Position numbers and translations under genes: made by a program. The notes under the pieces were generated by a model. The model was not told the origin of the DNA. It saw only the letters and a program-made list of their open reading frames with translations, and did not search any database. From Haplodiscus bocki (Eukaryota), in contig OZ296649.1 of assembly GCA_965655095.1 (NCBI GenBank), forward strand, positions 113,460,001 to 113,524,000: 64,000 nt of DNA, written 5' to 3'. Of the stretch, positions 12,101-27,100 are shown in pieces (positions within the stretch are counted from its first letter, which is position 1; each line of letters opens with the position of its first letter).

Positions 12101-15100
12101 GACAACGGTCACGCTCTTGCCCAGATACTACACGAGATAAGAATTGAAATGTCTTCTTCATTTTAACTTCGTCGGCGACTCCGACTCCTTAGACTATCTC
12201 CCTAAGTCCCTATTCCCCACTTGGGAAAAATCTCGATGTCTAAAAGAGTTTTAGAATTCCCTACATTCTCATAGCCAGGGAATACATTTGCCCGGATACT
12301 AGCTAAGAATAGAATTGACAATTTTTTCCAACTTCAACTTACTCCGGCAATTCCCACTTCTAATGTACCTGAGTATAAGTTCTTTCAGAGGGGATTGAGA
12401 AAATTTCAATTTTTTCTGGATTTGCGCGATATCGCCGGTTCCAAGCTGGTCCATAGCTTCCCTCTTGTTCCGTTTCCCTGCAAATTGGGAAAACAAGATT
12501 GAAAATGTTGCAAGGTGCTCAATAGTAGAAAATAAAAATTTTTTCTTGATTTGCACGGTCTCAACGCTTCTGTAATGACCCATAAGTTCACCCTGTACTC
12601 CCAAGCAGCTTTTCTTCGTTTTTTAAAAAAATCATTTTTTCGAAATGTCGCACGGAAAATGGTCATGTACACACCGGACGAATTTGAAAAATGTACGAAA
12701 AATTATTCACCAGGCAATCAACGTTCAATCCCCGATTCCAGTTTTTAAAAAAGCAATATTTATGCGCCTACTAACCAATCTTTGGCATGATTGCTGTATT
12801 GTTCCATAGGCGAGGCAGTGATGAGACGGGATATTTGGTTCTCGACCACATTGTACACATCAGCATTTGTTACTCCAGAGGGCAATGGAACCAACACAGG
12901 GAATCCAAATATTGTGGCCTTACTTCGATTCTCCCACAGAAAATAAACCGAGTTGGGAGTCTGTAAAAAACAAGGCTTATATTAAAAGGAAGTCTTTCGT
13001 AGGTCAAAAATAATCGAAGAGGGTCTCCATTCAAATGCATTCAAATTAGTCGTTTGGTCGAAATTTTTAAACACGGGCACTACAAGTAAGAATGAGCGAA
13101 AATGCATCATTCAACTGAAACTTGATTCGCTCGAAAATGTAATATCAATGGCTAACCACAAATTTGCACACAAATCAACAACTGGCCATGGCTTCTCTCT
13201 GAGTCATGTTAAACGTTCAATTCTCATTTTAACATTTTCCCAAGACGCAATACCGCAGAGCCATTACAGTGACCGCAAAAAAGGTTGCAAAAAATAACTT
13301 TAGCATAAAAGATTTAGTATTTCCATGACAAGTCATTATTTAAACTCACAGGTTTGGAATGAACGGCGAATATGAAACAATTTTCAGTTGCAGCCCTCCA
13401 TGTATCTGAAGCGTACCCACTGGAACTGGGCGTGAGAGGCACTCCAGTTGCATTTGGGCTCAACAACCCCGAGCCTCCCTTCCCGTTGTCAGTTGCGCCA
13501 ATCTCATTATTCGATAAGGACGACCCACACTCCGCGTCTTTCTCAACCCCGCCGTTCATTATTGGCGACGCCATCAAGTCATCTGCCTCTGAGGTATGCA
13601 CACCATTAGGGATGACTTCTTTTTCGACTTTCACAGCATTTGCATTTGTAGCTTCGGACGTTGAGTGATTATGTGATGACTGTGAACAGAATGATTGCTC
13701 GTCGCGAGTTCCAGTCACTTCATTCTCAAGTCTAAATAGGACTGCGTGCCAAAAACTTAGAAATTTCCAAAGAAAAAACGAAAGTTGTCTCGTACAAAGA
13801 AAAGCAAAACGAGCCCCCACGAAACGTTTTGGGAGACATTTTTTGCGATCATAATAAACTTGATAATTGCCAAATACATCCGTTTTTAGCCATTATCAGA
13901 GCACCCAGCAGAGCCGGTGTTAAAGTTATAATCGAAGCCAATCAGATATAACTGCAGTTTCAATTCCAAAGCAATTATCTACACATCAAAACCAGAAAAG
14001 ACGGAGAGTTTAGTTTTGATTGAGTCATCTTCGAATGATTCGATGGTCCAATGAATAATAATGGGATCAATTCATGTATAATTGTGAAGAACACCACTTT
14101 GTTATGACTCATAACTAACTTGTTGAATTGAGACGAGCTGTGGTTAGCAAGCGCACGTGAGTCGACTGTTGTGAGACTATCGTTAGACACGGAGGGCGTC
14201 TCGATAAGAGGGGTTTGCGAAGGCGTGGATCCATTCACATACAAAGTGCATTGGAACGCGAGCAAAGAGTTTGGGATAGAACAGTGGTTCTTTAACTTCA
14301 CGCTGTCTTCCAACATGGCACCAGGCATGCTTGGCATAACTTTATTGTACTCCACGAAAACCAATTCCCCTTTGTCCAAGTTACAAATAAATGCAAAATC
14401 TTTTTTCAAAGCACCATAAGTCATAGCTCTCCTTGCCACTCGCATGGCAAACCTGCAAACGAAAACTTCTTTCCTATTAACTCAAACTTCATTTTAGTCT
14501 AGCTAAAAGCTTTGAGGATTGAAATGATCGAAACTTTGGTCCAGAGTGTACAGGCAGATAATGGATTGTTTTGGAAAACTCTTGATGTTGAAAAACAACT
14601 TTTCAAAGTGTGCTGGTCGCTCATTGACAGCCACCACTTTCTGAAGCTCAAAATTGACTTTTTCATTTAAACGTACGACCCAAATTGATTACAATTGTTC
14701 AGACACATAGTATTACAAGAACAATACGGCTAATGTAACGATATTCGATACAAAAGCACTTCGCTTCATAAGCTCAAAACAAGTATTACAACAGTCTGAA
14801 GATACATGTATGCTAAGTTTGTCTCTCAAGTTTCTAACCTGGTTGGAGGATTTCCATCCAATTTGTGCAGCAAAATGTAAATAAGACTCATTTGATCAGA
14901 GGGGATAGAGAGAGATAAAACATTGAACACGTCAAACTTGGATGTTGAACGTGAACAGGTAGCACACGTCATTTTGGATTGCATTTGTCCTGAAAAGAGG
15001 TCGCAGATAATGGAATTGTTGTTCTTAAGATGCGCAGTCCACTGCTCATCAGCCACGTCGCGGTCTTCACGACCTTCTGCTTCGGCCAGCGTTTGATAGG

Positions 15101-18100
15101 ACTTCTGATGTGTCACACGATTCAGGTCTTCGTGTAACAGGTCCAAAATTGCTTCCAGCATTTCTTGGGCGTCGTGTTGGTTTGAATTGTTGAATTGCGT
15201 CCGATGTTTAATTATTGCGTCTCGGATGATCGAGGGTCGAACTACTGAATTGTTGCTTGACCATAACTGATGGATCAAATGCCCGTAACATAGAGCGACT
15301 TGACCTTTAGAACCATCACTATTTTTCCTGTCAACAACATCGGTCAATTACATTAAAGTATTCGTCCAGGGTTAGTAGGCACTTTCTTGGAAAAACACCG
15401 AGCTCTCCATATTTGATTAGCCACTACACATTGCCTTCCATGAACACATTTATCCGTATAGTAGAGAAACGATCTAATATTCGAAGCAGTGTAGAATGTA
15501 GGCAGCGCAGCGCCCACTTTCAGCAGTTCACGGCTTGTTTATAAAGTCGTAATGAAAATTATGAAATTGTCCTGTGAGTAACGTATGCAACACAATAGTT
15601 GACAATTATTATTTTCTGCACATATTTATAATATGGAAGGAAAATAATCCACTCAAAACGCAAAACGCTCAAGTCCGATATTTTTTTACGCTGACTAGCC
15701 AATTGACAATGAATGTCCGACTTCTGACGCTAGTGTCGTTCTGACTTTGAAAATTTTCTTTCAACCATAATCATGAACTTGAAAAATCCAATAATCAGCA
15801 AATGTTTTTTCTACCTTAATTGTGAAGTTTTTTTGACTAAAAATCAGAAAATTCTGGGAAAACTAGAAAATATGATGAAAAAGATGTAACAAGAGTATTT
15901 TGAAAAAAAAACACTTTCATCCATTTAAAAGGCATCTTTATCAAAGTGGGGAGGCGGAAAATATGCCGGTGGTAGCCGGCCGTCTTGATACATCTTCCAA
16001 TCATAATTGAAGATGATTCAGAAAATTAAGCCAAGTACGCAACTTTGGAACCATTCCACATTTTCCTATCTCCAGCGAAGTTTTTCACGCTTTAACTCAG
16101 ATGTTAAAAAAAACTTGCGACTATTTTACGCTGCAGAGAAAAATCTGGAGCAAATTTTTGGAGATAGGATTCGACAATTGCGTCAGAAAATGATTTATAG
16201 TTTTGGCTGGTGGAGAACCCTATTTCTAAACTATATAACTTTCGAAACTTTTTCCAAAAGTTTATTTCTTAATACAAAAATAATCCTTGCCTCAAAATGC
16301 CTAACAGCTCCATAACAAACCCGACATTAGCCAACCGTAACTTCCAATTTAGTCAAACCCGTCAGCTCACGCGCAAAATCCAAACGGGCTAGTCCAGCCA
16401 GAACGTCCACTTAGAAGCTGAAGCTGGTGAAAAGATTTTGAAAAAGGAAATCATTGATGCACGAAACTCCACCATCTATTTGATTGACAAAGTAACTGGG
16501 GAAACCATCATTGACCAATTACTCGGAAGAATTCACAGAACTTTATAAAGGTGCTGACGAAGCGCCTGAAAATTGAGATGTTTCTCACGAAATGCCACTG
16601 ATTGCAACACGTGTTTGTGAACCAGAACCATCTAATGCTACAATATTCAGCGCAACGAATGATCCTCAGAATATTGAGTCCACGCAGGACAATGTCTTTT
16701 GCAAATTACATCCCATGAGTCCCCTCGCAACAGCATCAAAACATTTCCACTTCGGCGTAATATCCTCAACTAACATTTACAACATTTGACGGCAATCCTT
16801 TAGATTGGAACATTCGGTTCGGTCTTTTCGAAAATTTGATTGACAAAAGAATAAAAACTTTTCGGAGAAATTACGAAACGCTCGGTCAACTACTCAGAAG
16901 CCATTGCAGTTTTTGAATCTTTCGACTTTCGTAAACAATCTAGTGCATATCTTCAATGATTTGAGCTCAACTATTGATACCCAAATTCAACTATTGATAC
17001 CCAAATTACTGCAGACAAAATCCAGCCGAAGGGTCGTTTGATATGAAATGAATGCATAGTTTAATACAACATAAGCCAACCAAATCTTAGTAAATTCAAG
17101 GAATGGCCCTCAGCATTCGCCTTCGCTAGCAAGCAAATGCCACCAGTGAACGGTCTCCCTGGAATAAGAGACGAAACACCGGGTCAACACAAGAAAAGCC
17201 GAATATTCGATATCGTTTTTAAAAAAACCACTTTGCTCAAAAAGGATCATTTTAGTCACCGTCGGCAAAAAGCAACTATACTTGATAAAAATCGCTACTT
17301 CAATTAACTGCACAGAACTCTTTTACCCAAAAAGAGATGTTGACAGTGTTGTAGGTAGTTCCAATTACTCTGCTTAATGGCTCTGTCTCGTTAAACATAT
17401 GGTTTATTTGATAGGGAAAGTACTTGTAACTTCTGGGTGACACGGACAGCAGAAAAATGGGGAATAAAACAAACCTCATTGGCGTCATACTTCGATTTTG
17501 CGAATAAGAACTTCAGATTTTAGCCGACATTCAAGGAATGTTTATACAGGTACCAGTGCAGCCCGAGGACAGAAAATTTCTCCGTTTGCTTTGGCGCCCT
17601 GAAAAAGTTGACTAATACGAGTAAACCGGACATGTGTTTTGTGCAAAGTGCTCCCCTACTTGCGCGATTTAGGCATCACGACAATGTGCAGTTGAAAATG
17701 TTAATGAACTTCCTCTGATTCAGATGTTGATCACGGAAAGCTTCTACATGGATGGCCTGTAAAAATCCATGGACAACAAAACCGAAGCAATTAAATGTGT
17801 AAAGAACGGAATATTTGACTTGAAAAGGCGTGGTTTCAACGCAACGAAATGAGCAAAAACAACCTCCGAAAGCATAAACGAAATGACAGACAGAGGAACA
17901 ACCCCAACATCAAAAAAGCACGGTAAAACCGAATGCGAAATAACGTACACTTGGCTTCTTTGGAATTAGGCAGACTGCTGAGTTTCCAAACCCGACGTTC
18001 TTACCGGCGTCCAAACACAAGGCAAACTACTAAGAGCAATCTTTTCGGTCTTGGACCCGCTGCGAAGCGCAGCTCCTAACTTACTTCGACTGCGCGTTAC

Positions 18101-21100
18101 AATCAGTTTGCAGAAGCTGGAAGAAATCGAATGATGCATTGGATGAAGACATCCCGGGGGAAAACTCGTGTTGGAACACTATGGAAGCCCGTGAAAATTT
18201 CAAATCACTATTTGAAGCGCAGAGCACATCAATTGTCACTAGACACATTTTTGAGGCACGTCATATGCAACTCCTTGCTCTGTCCCATACCTTCTGAACC
18301 TTGAGATACATGATAGAGATGATGTCAATTTTGTGATGGGTACGGTAGGAATTGCTCTAATCCAACACGAAAACTTACCACATTGCAACCTCAAGTAACT
18401 GTATTGGAGGTACGTCTAGCGAAAATCATTTTAGAAAGAACACAGCCCAAAATTTTCTGCAGTTCAATACTGGACTGACAGTAGTATAGCTTTTCAATGG
18501 ATCTGGAGACAGAATTTTGTGGAGAATAGCGATGCTGAAATTTTAGAAAGGTTGAACATTTCAAGGGCGACATGTCCCTTGTGTGCTATATCGGGCGGAC
18601 GATAGCACTCGTGTCTGGTAGGAACACAGACTTTCATTGGTTCGATGGACCCAAAAACTTCGGTGAACGTCTCCGATGGCTAGATAAAAATTAACACATC
18701 AGCTTCAACTGCAGCGGACGAAATTTCCATGTTAGTTGGAACCAAAGTCAACCTACCATCGAAAGAAGATAATGACAGTTTCGTCTTCAATCCATCCTCA
18801 AACAGGAACTACTATGAAGGTGTTGCTTCATGATTTCTGTCCGATAAGATTTATTCGCCCTGGAATGATCTGATTGGGATTATAATCCGGCAAACGCTTC
18901 ATATGTCTGAGGGCCTAGGAGCATTTTATTCAATTTATCAAAGATACCAAGTACGAACATACTGATTGAAACTTTGACAGAAAAAGTTTCAGACAGTCTC
19001 CAATCAAGTTGTCTCAATTGCAGAACCTTGACCTATGTATCGGCCAATCCCAATGACATCGAAACACTAACTCCCAGTCACTTCCATTGGGTAGCGCTGA
19101 GAATAATGCTCCATTGGATACTTCGAGGGCAAAGCCACATTATCCAAACAGTGGCAATGCGATCAACTCAGTTCTCATAAATGGAAGTGATTGATCAGAA
19201 AAGTACTGCCATCTTTGCGCGCGCGCGGAAAATGGACCACGATGAGAACATTGCGGAAGGTGAATTGGTAGGGAATTTGACCTATTTCACTCCACGAGGT
19301 ATATGTCCAGTTGGAAAAGTCAACGAGGCTATCACAAATCAAGTTAGTGACCGGTTGCGACATTATATTCAAAACGAAAAAAGGATAGATAGGTTCACAG
19401 ATAAAAAATTGTCACTTGTAAGCGATGACTGAAACAACATTGAGAGATTCAGGTCGTCCGACTTAGTCAGCGTAATGGTGGCGTGTTGTTTCAGAAAAAT
19501 TTCATTCTGTCGCATACAGATTACTCATCAGAAGTAATGAACAATACGGAAATTTCGATGAAAACACATGTGTGCAATCCTCTGTGATTACACTTGACAT
19601 CAGTGACAAAATAATTGTAGTACTAAGTGTCAAGTGACACAAAGCGTTCACTTTCCGTTATCAGAGAACTACTAATCAATTCGGCTTCCTGTGAGACAAG
19701 CGGGAAGCATCGAGCTGACTACGAACAGCTTTGGAAGACAGATACGCCTGTAAGCAACTCGTAAAATTCCTTAAGAGCTCCGAGAAAAAATTCCAAGTTT
19801 TCCCGCCAAAAGTTTCCATACAAATTCCACATAGTACGAGATTGTTTCCCTGCTCAAATTTTCTAAAGTAGGCAATTCTCAAGAAAAATTTGCACATGTA
19901 GCATACAATGTGGATAAAACCACGAAAAAATGCGGAAAAAATCACTTTCCGGTTGAGGGACCGAAGCCAAAAGCTGACGCAACCTTCAACGAGATAACTA
20001 TTTTCGGAATCGATCAAAGCCTACATAAGTCTTTTGCCAGAAAAAAAGCAAACTTCATTGCCAAAAGCTTGAAAATTCAGAAAACTAGAGAGTAAAGTTT
20101 AATATTTTCTCCCAAAACGTTTAATATAATATAGTTAACTCTAAGATATGACCTTTCATGAAAAAATTCTATTCATTTCCACTTAGTTCAGATCACGCAT
20201 CGCAAAAGACATTTCAAATCATGATTGGAGATGCTATTGACACTTTTAGAACAACTCCACTTGCTGCCAAAAATTTGGTTTAAACAGTCGAATTGAGATA
20301 AGTACGTCACAGTCTCTCAAACTAGAAAGATTGATATTTTAATCAAAATTGTGCCACCGACTGATTGAACAGTTCGCTCAGTAAAAAACGAGAAAAAGAG
20401 CAGATACTTGAAGACTTGTCTGATTCAAAAAATAAATAGGTCAATCATGCAGTTCAAGGTAACACCATTTTGAAATCCAAGGTTTGGGAGGTTTGCACGG
20501 TAAAAAACGCTGAATTGAAAAATTTCCTGCGAAAAAGAATCCGTCTTGGACAAAATACACAAGATGATTACTCTCTGATGCGGTCGAAAAACGGAAGTTT
20601 CCAATGAGATAGAAAAACTCAGCATGGGCCGATTTCAGTACACACTTTTCCTTTCCTTCAGAATGTGTAAAACCGGCGTTTTTGACGAAACGTTCCTCAA
20701 AACTGTGGTTTTGAATTAATTGCTGCTGGTTCGTAGATAAAAATATGACGTAGAATGGATCAAATTTAAAAAACCTGGAAAAATATCGAGAAGTCGGTAC
20801 ATATGTAGCGAAAAACACGAAAACATGGGAAATTTTCCGTAAAAAAAACGAAAGCTTTCGGACCGTATACCTTGGTGTTAAATTAGTCAAATTTTCGACG
20901 AAACTTTTACGCGAAATTCCAAGATGCAACAAAAGAAGTTAATGTTCGTATCTAACGGTAAAAGAGGGGTTACCGCTCAAATTCTTGCTCCCTACACTAA
21001 AAAAGCTGTTTAATATTAGCACTACGAAACCATCAAACAATTCAAAGTCTGTTGTTTCATTCCACTTGTTCAACAAAGTAAATTTGTTTACGTATAGTTA

Positions 21101-24100
21101 TCATTCACTGTTCGGATTTGGGTTTCAGCACTCTCTGCGGTGGTTGCACGTATCTCAAAACCTTGAAATAACGACCGAACACACGGTATTCCTGTGTAAC
21201 GATATCAGTTCCTGTATGTTCGATCATGTTCACTTACTTTATTCAGCTGTTTCTTGCCTTCTTTTAGCTTCCAAACTAGTCGAGAAACATCTCTCGGGAA
21301 GGCTCAAACTTCCGGTTAGACCTTTTCCCAATAAGTTTTTTCCAACTACTTTTGTTCCAGCTTCAACTGTTTCAATTCGAAACATATATTCCTAGCAACT
21401 GGCTTCCATTCTCAAAAAAGCTTTGCTGACTTAAAAGATTACTACACCCCTACCCGATCAACTGGCTTGCGCTTATGCATATCTGAATCGCCATGTCATC
21501 CAATTTTTCAGTATTCGAGAGCCGACAGGATCCGATAAAAAGTGTCCGGTGCGTGAAAGGAATTCTTTCCTCAAAAAACTGTAGAAACTTCAAATCTAAA
21601 ATCTCTTTCCATAAACATCATGAAACGTAATGAATGGAGACAAACTAAGTTTACCTACCTCTTCAATCACTACCGTTCATCAGAGATACAGCTTCTGGTT
21701 GGGATTCCATGATTTCTAGTTCATCTTCTTTGTCATTGCCAACAACTTCTGTAATACCACTTTCAATGTACTTTTTCTCAATATATCCAAAGTTGATTTT
21801 TCCTCGTTTTGTGTCCAGGTAATTTGTGCGCGGGATAGCATCATCGTCTATCATTTCCACTACTCGCTTCAATGACCAATATTTGGATGAGCTCGAGTTG
21901 TTTGCTATCCCATCAAGATACTTTGAATATTCAGGTACCATCTACATCTCAAAGTGATGAATGCTGATTGCATCGCCGTCGCGAATGATTGCTCCATATC
22001 GTTCATTTTTACTGTAATTTCTGAGAAAAACATACACTGCTTTCCTTCTGTGCACACGGGCGTTAAACATGTAGGCTATTGCTAGAAAAGCATCTTCGTC
22101 CTCTGAAACATTCGAGCGATCTGATCATACCATTGTTCAGGCTCCTCAGAGTATGATTGATAACAAGAAGCAAGGATATGCATATTTGTTCCGCAAGTAT
22201 CTCACTTACAATCGTCAATTAGAATCACTGTGGTTAAACGTGCGTCTCTGAAGAGACCATTATCTCCTATTGCTTGCTGCGGAACAATCACATGTTTGGG
22301 ACCAGGTCCATTTCTCAACATTCCGGAGAAGACATTTGATCCAACAAGACGAAAGACTTTTTGAAATTGTTCCTTACTCATGATGGTTTCACTGTTTACA
22401 GAGTCTCATAATTCTGCGAACTCGTCAAATCGCTTTTTCTGCAGGGTCAATTAAACTTCGTCTCTGACTTTCGTAGAGAGCAATAGTGGAGAATTTCTTC
22501 GAGAATTTCACGAATTCACGAAGTTGAAGAAGTTAATTTGAAGACGAGAACTACTAATTCCGATCAAGCTTTTGGATGGAAGATTAAATGTTGAACATCG
22601 CTTTGTCTCCTTTCATCGTCGACAATTTGACAGAACGCGTGCATACAAAAAATCATTACAGTTTCAAAGTAAATATTTTAGCGAATTTTACGGTGAGCGT
22701 CCCGACATCTTGAAGGTAAGTGATTAGAGACTGGGAAAAGTCAAAATATACCGACCGCTCCCATTGCTTTCTTGCCTTGATGTTCAAATTAAATCATCTA
22801 CGATTGCGGGTTCTTGCTTTTCCGGACATCGTCCTCCTCCAAAAATATTCTTTGGCTAGACAGGTGACTGACTATATGATCAAATGAAATATTTCAAAAC
22901 TTGGAAGATCTCCTATACTCAGTTTGCAGATAGAATGCGAAAAGCTCAACTCTTGAGTAGTTTCTGTTTCGATGGAAAGAAGAATTTTTTAGAATAACAA
23001 CCGCATGAAGTATCTTCCGCTGCTGTTCGTTCGGGTCAAAATTTCATTTGAAAAAGTTCCATCCCAAGCATTATTGTGTTCAAAAAGTTCCCGTCATCTG
23101 ACTCTCTCCGGTTAGATGAGATTATTAAAGTCAATTTCAAATAAGGCCGACTTTCAACGACTGTAAACAGAATACAGCACAAAACGTCAATTTTAAAAAA
23201 ATATCCGACTGAAGCACAAAAAAGAACCAGTTAGTTGGAATTTCAAATGCAGGCACTGCCTAATTTGCACGCGTCTGAATAAAGCTCTGAGAAATTTCCA
23301 TTTCATTCAATTTTTACTCCAACTTTCAAAGCAAAACTTTGAACAAATTTTTGGATCGACAGCATGATTAGAGAAACCTACTGAAGATATTTCCAAAGAG
23401 TTGGGACCCATTCGGAACACCAATATCGTTAACGCATGCAGCCTCTTCAATCAACTCGCATTTCAACATTTTTCGCAGTTTCGGCAGATTTTTTTGATCG
23501 TTTTCCTTTCTTCAGGATAAAAAGGATCATCTGAAACTTGTTCTGAGTGAAAAAATTAGGGGCCAAAGACACCGAAGAGTTGGTATATGTGCTCAAGTTC
23601 CACTGGCAAAACCCCTGGAACAAATTATTTCGCCATTCTTCAATTTGAGCCCAATGCGAGCTGTGGGCCGGAGTGATAATGATGATTGGGTGGGAGCTCT
23701 TGCGGAATTAGTTCGTCAAATCAATGTATTCTGTGGAGGGGGATCTGGATAGGTAATGGAGAAGCTGATCAACGTTGATTGGGAAGTTTGCGCAGTAAAA
23801 GCCTTCCCTGGTCCTTCCGATATCCCAACGAATACGAAAATGGAAAGAAAGATAAAAAGTCTTCTCAATATCAAAAACCTTTTTGTTTTGTCTTTTCTGT
23901 TGCCGCAGCACTGTTTCTAGTACATCAGGATCGGCAGCGTGAAACTAACTAGTCAAGCAAGTTAGCCGAAATGATATTTGACCCGAGTAAAATGCCAAAC
24001 AAAATCGAAGACAATCCTAACTTCAAGCACGAAAAGAACGGTTCCACAACAGTGAAGGTGGTGTTCTCACTTCCTCTCATTGGAGACGGCGAAACATGGA

Positions 24101-27100
24101 AGAAAAAGAAGATGAATCTTTTACTTCCGACTAATCAGGGAACATCCCACCACATCTCATTACCAAGTTCCACAATTTCATGCATAGAATGTGGTCATGC
24201 AACAAGAGAACAAAAGGAAGCAAAACTTGTGCCAAGTTCATGCAGTCTATTTAGAAGAAAACCCATCAAAAATTACAAAATGATTTGTCAGAATACAGCG
24301 TTACGTATTGAAGTGCCTATTCCGTAAACGAAATTGAAGTTTCGCACCTGGCAAAGATGCCAACGTTCTACTGTTTACGCTGATTTGGAAGCCCTGCTGG
24401 TCTGCAAGGAGAAAAGCATGAGTTCAACCATCGTTATCGAAAATTAACTTCCAGCTAGCTATGGTGCAGTGCTTGTTGTTTCCAGATCAAATAAAGTTGT
24501 CAATTTGTCTTTTTAAGGTGGCATCAACGAATTGATTGATTGCCTTAGAAGCTGGCTGACAATTCGCAATAGGGAAAATCGAAAACACCGTGACCTGAAA
24601 AACGTCACAGGCAAGCGGAAGCAGCTGTTGCGGTCCATTGATAAAAAATGCTGCCCGTGCAGGAATTGAAAGCGGTGCAGTTGGTCAACATAGCCACGCA
24701 AAAGGTGAGGTGTATGGTGTGGAGCATTCCACTTGATGGGTTGACAAGACATTGGAAGTCGATGATTGAAAACATTTAAGATACAAGTTCACTTCCTAGT
24801 CGGACGGAAATAACACCAAATTCAATGGTAAATCGGCGTTCCCCTACCGCTATCTGGACAACCTTGAGAAGTTTCCAGCCTCATGTCCTCCTTCTAGAAC
24901 AAATCGAAAAACAGTCGTTCGGAAAAGATTATCAACGAGTTTTCGAAACTTATCAAATATTTTCATGTACAAACTTTCCGAAGTATCATGATCTCTAAAT
25001 GACTCTTGCGCATTTTGAGAAGTATCAAAATGTGGGTCTTGCCGCCGATGAAGTTCAGCCTGAATAGTTTTTTCGGCTCCCAATCTATGTTGGGAAGCGA
25101 CTGTGATAACGAAAGTGGCAATGCACTTAACTCCGGTATGTTGTTTTGTGAGAAAGCCACTCGCGGTGGTATCGACGGAGTAGGTGCCCTTCGAACTTTT
25201 CAGGCGAAGAACAAAAATATGCAGAGCTTCAATGCCCAAACCTTCAGTGTTTGGGGCTGTCATCAATTTAACCTCGTTGTATACAGGAAAAATGGAGCAG
25301 CCGCTTCCTTTGGGCCATTATGGCTGGAGATGTATTTATAAATGACATTCTTCCTGTTAACCCTCCTTGTGACGTTAGATACATGGTTGAAGTTAACTTG
25401 CATTATTGAATCTTTGCATGTCGCCCATAACCAATTGCCCTTTGCGATTCAGAATATTGAATAAAGCAAGATTGGTTGTCTTCCTAAGCGTTGTAAATTC
25501 AACTGGAAACTTCTAAGACATCTAAGTTAGTGGAAATTTTGCTAAACAGAACGAACAATTTTTCCCAGGCTCAGAACTTTCAGCCAAAACAGAGCTGTTG
25601 ACTAGGAAGTTACAATTCCAAAAACACGAAAGAGAAAGAGCGCCGCAACAGACTCAAAAAAATTCTACAAAGGAGTATCCAATGCTCGTTTGGCAAAATC
25701 ATGCAGAAACTCAGGAGCCGAAGAAACATCAGTTCCATATCGAATGAGAAACAGGGAAGAAAGATCGCCTTCAAACCAAACTTCATGTCCGTCAATATCA
25801 TCAATCAAGACCTAGTATCTCTGCTCATTTCTAAAACGTCCATCGTATGGAACACGCAAACGCCAATGGCGCTTCAATTTTGAATTTGTTATAACTTGTT
25901 CTCTATAAAGTTCACTAATGTAAAATGAAGTCCAGATATGGCGATCAATTGATTGTTGTATATGAAGACAATGTGTCTCTACTTATCGTGCTGAAACTAA
26001 TGATTTGTTTGACATGGGAAAAATTGCACATCTACTAGATCTAATTGAATACCCAAAGAAAATTACAACTTACGATCCGGAAACGGAGTCCCAATGACGA
26101 TGGAAGAAGAACTTAGTGACATAGTTCTGGAAGTTGTTTGCCTGAAAACAAAGCCCTACAGTATCAAAGACAGTAGTGGTGAAAATCAGGAAGGAACTAC
26201 ACGTGTTGTGAAGAAGACTGTGAAACACGGTCTACTCCAAGATTTGTCCTCAGAGGAAACATTCGCAAGCAAAGGACTCAGATGAAGTCGTTCAACCATC
26301 AACTGTTTGTCGATCAAGTTGCCCTCAGTGAGTCTGATCACAAACTGTTTTTACCCGACTGTGGAATAAAGTCTTTGGCGTCTGGTCATCAGAGCTTTCA
26401 TCAGAATTTTGATTAGTCACTCATTTCATTTGGTTACTTTCTAGATAACAGACCGCCTTGCCTTGTCTATTGGCATGAAGTAATACTAGACCGTTCCAGA
26501 ACGGCAACTAGTGTGTCTTCAATCTTTGTTGCACTCCGTTTTTCCAGCAACTCGGTCATTTTTCTCTTAAGTACTTCCAGAATGGCACCTATTGATGTCT
26601 ACGTCCTCTCTGAAGACGATTATGCAGATTTGGATGGCGATAATGATAACGAATTCCTGAGCGATTGTCTCAACGACAGTGAATTTCTGATGCCATCAGG
26701 TGCTTCCGTACAGTCAACATCTACAATTACTAATTACAGCTTGGGCTTTATGGTTGAAGCTCGTCAAAGCTATTTGAATTAGCAGTTTGATTGTTTGCAT
26801 CGTTTCTGCTTCAACTGGTCTTGGTTTTAATGCTCCCTCTGCGAGCAACACTGCTGACAAGGACGTATCGGACAATTCGGACTTTGAACACCTAAATTAT
26901 AATTATGCAGGCGATAGGAAGTTGGAAAACACAAAAAAGTCCCATTACTGATTTTGGGTCGATTGACGTCCGAGACTGAGCAGTCTTGCCGCCGTAACGA
27001 GATATCGCTCAACTACATTCTCTGCCAACTGAATAACATTTCATTCAACCGTTCTTTTAATGTGGTTAGGATAGAAAAGCTTCCTATTCGTTATTCATTA

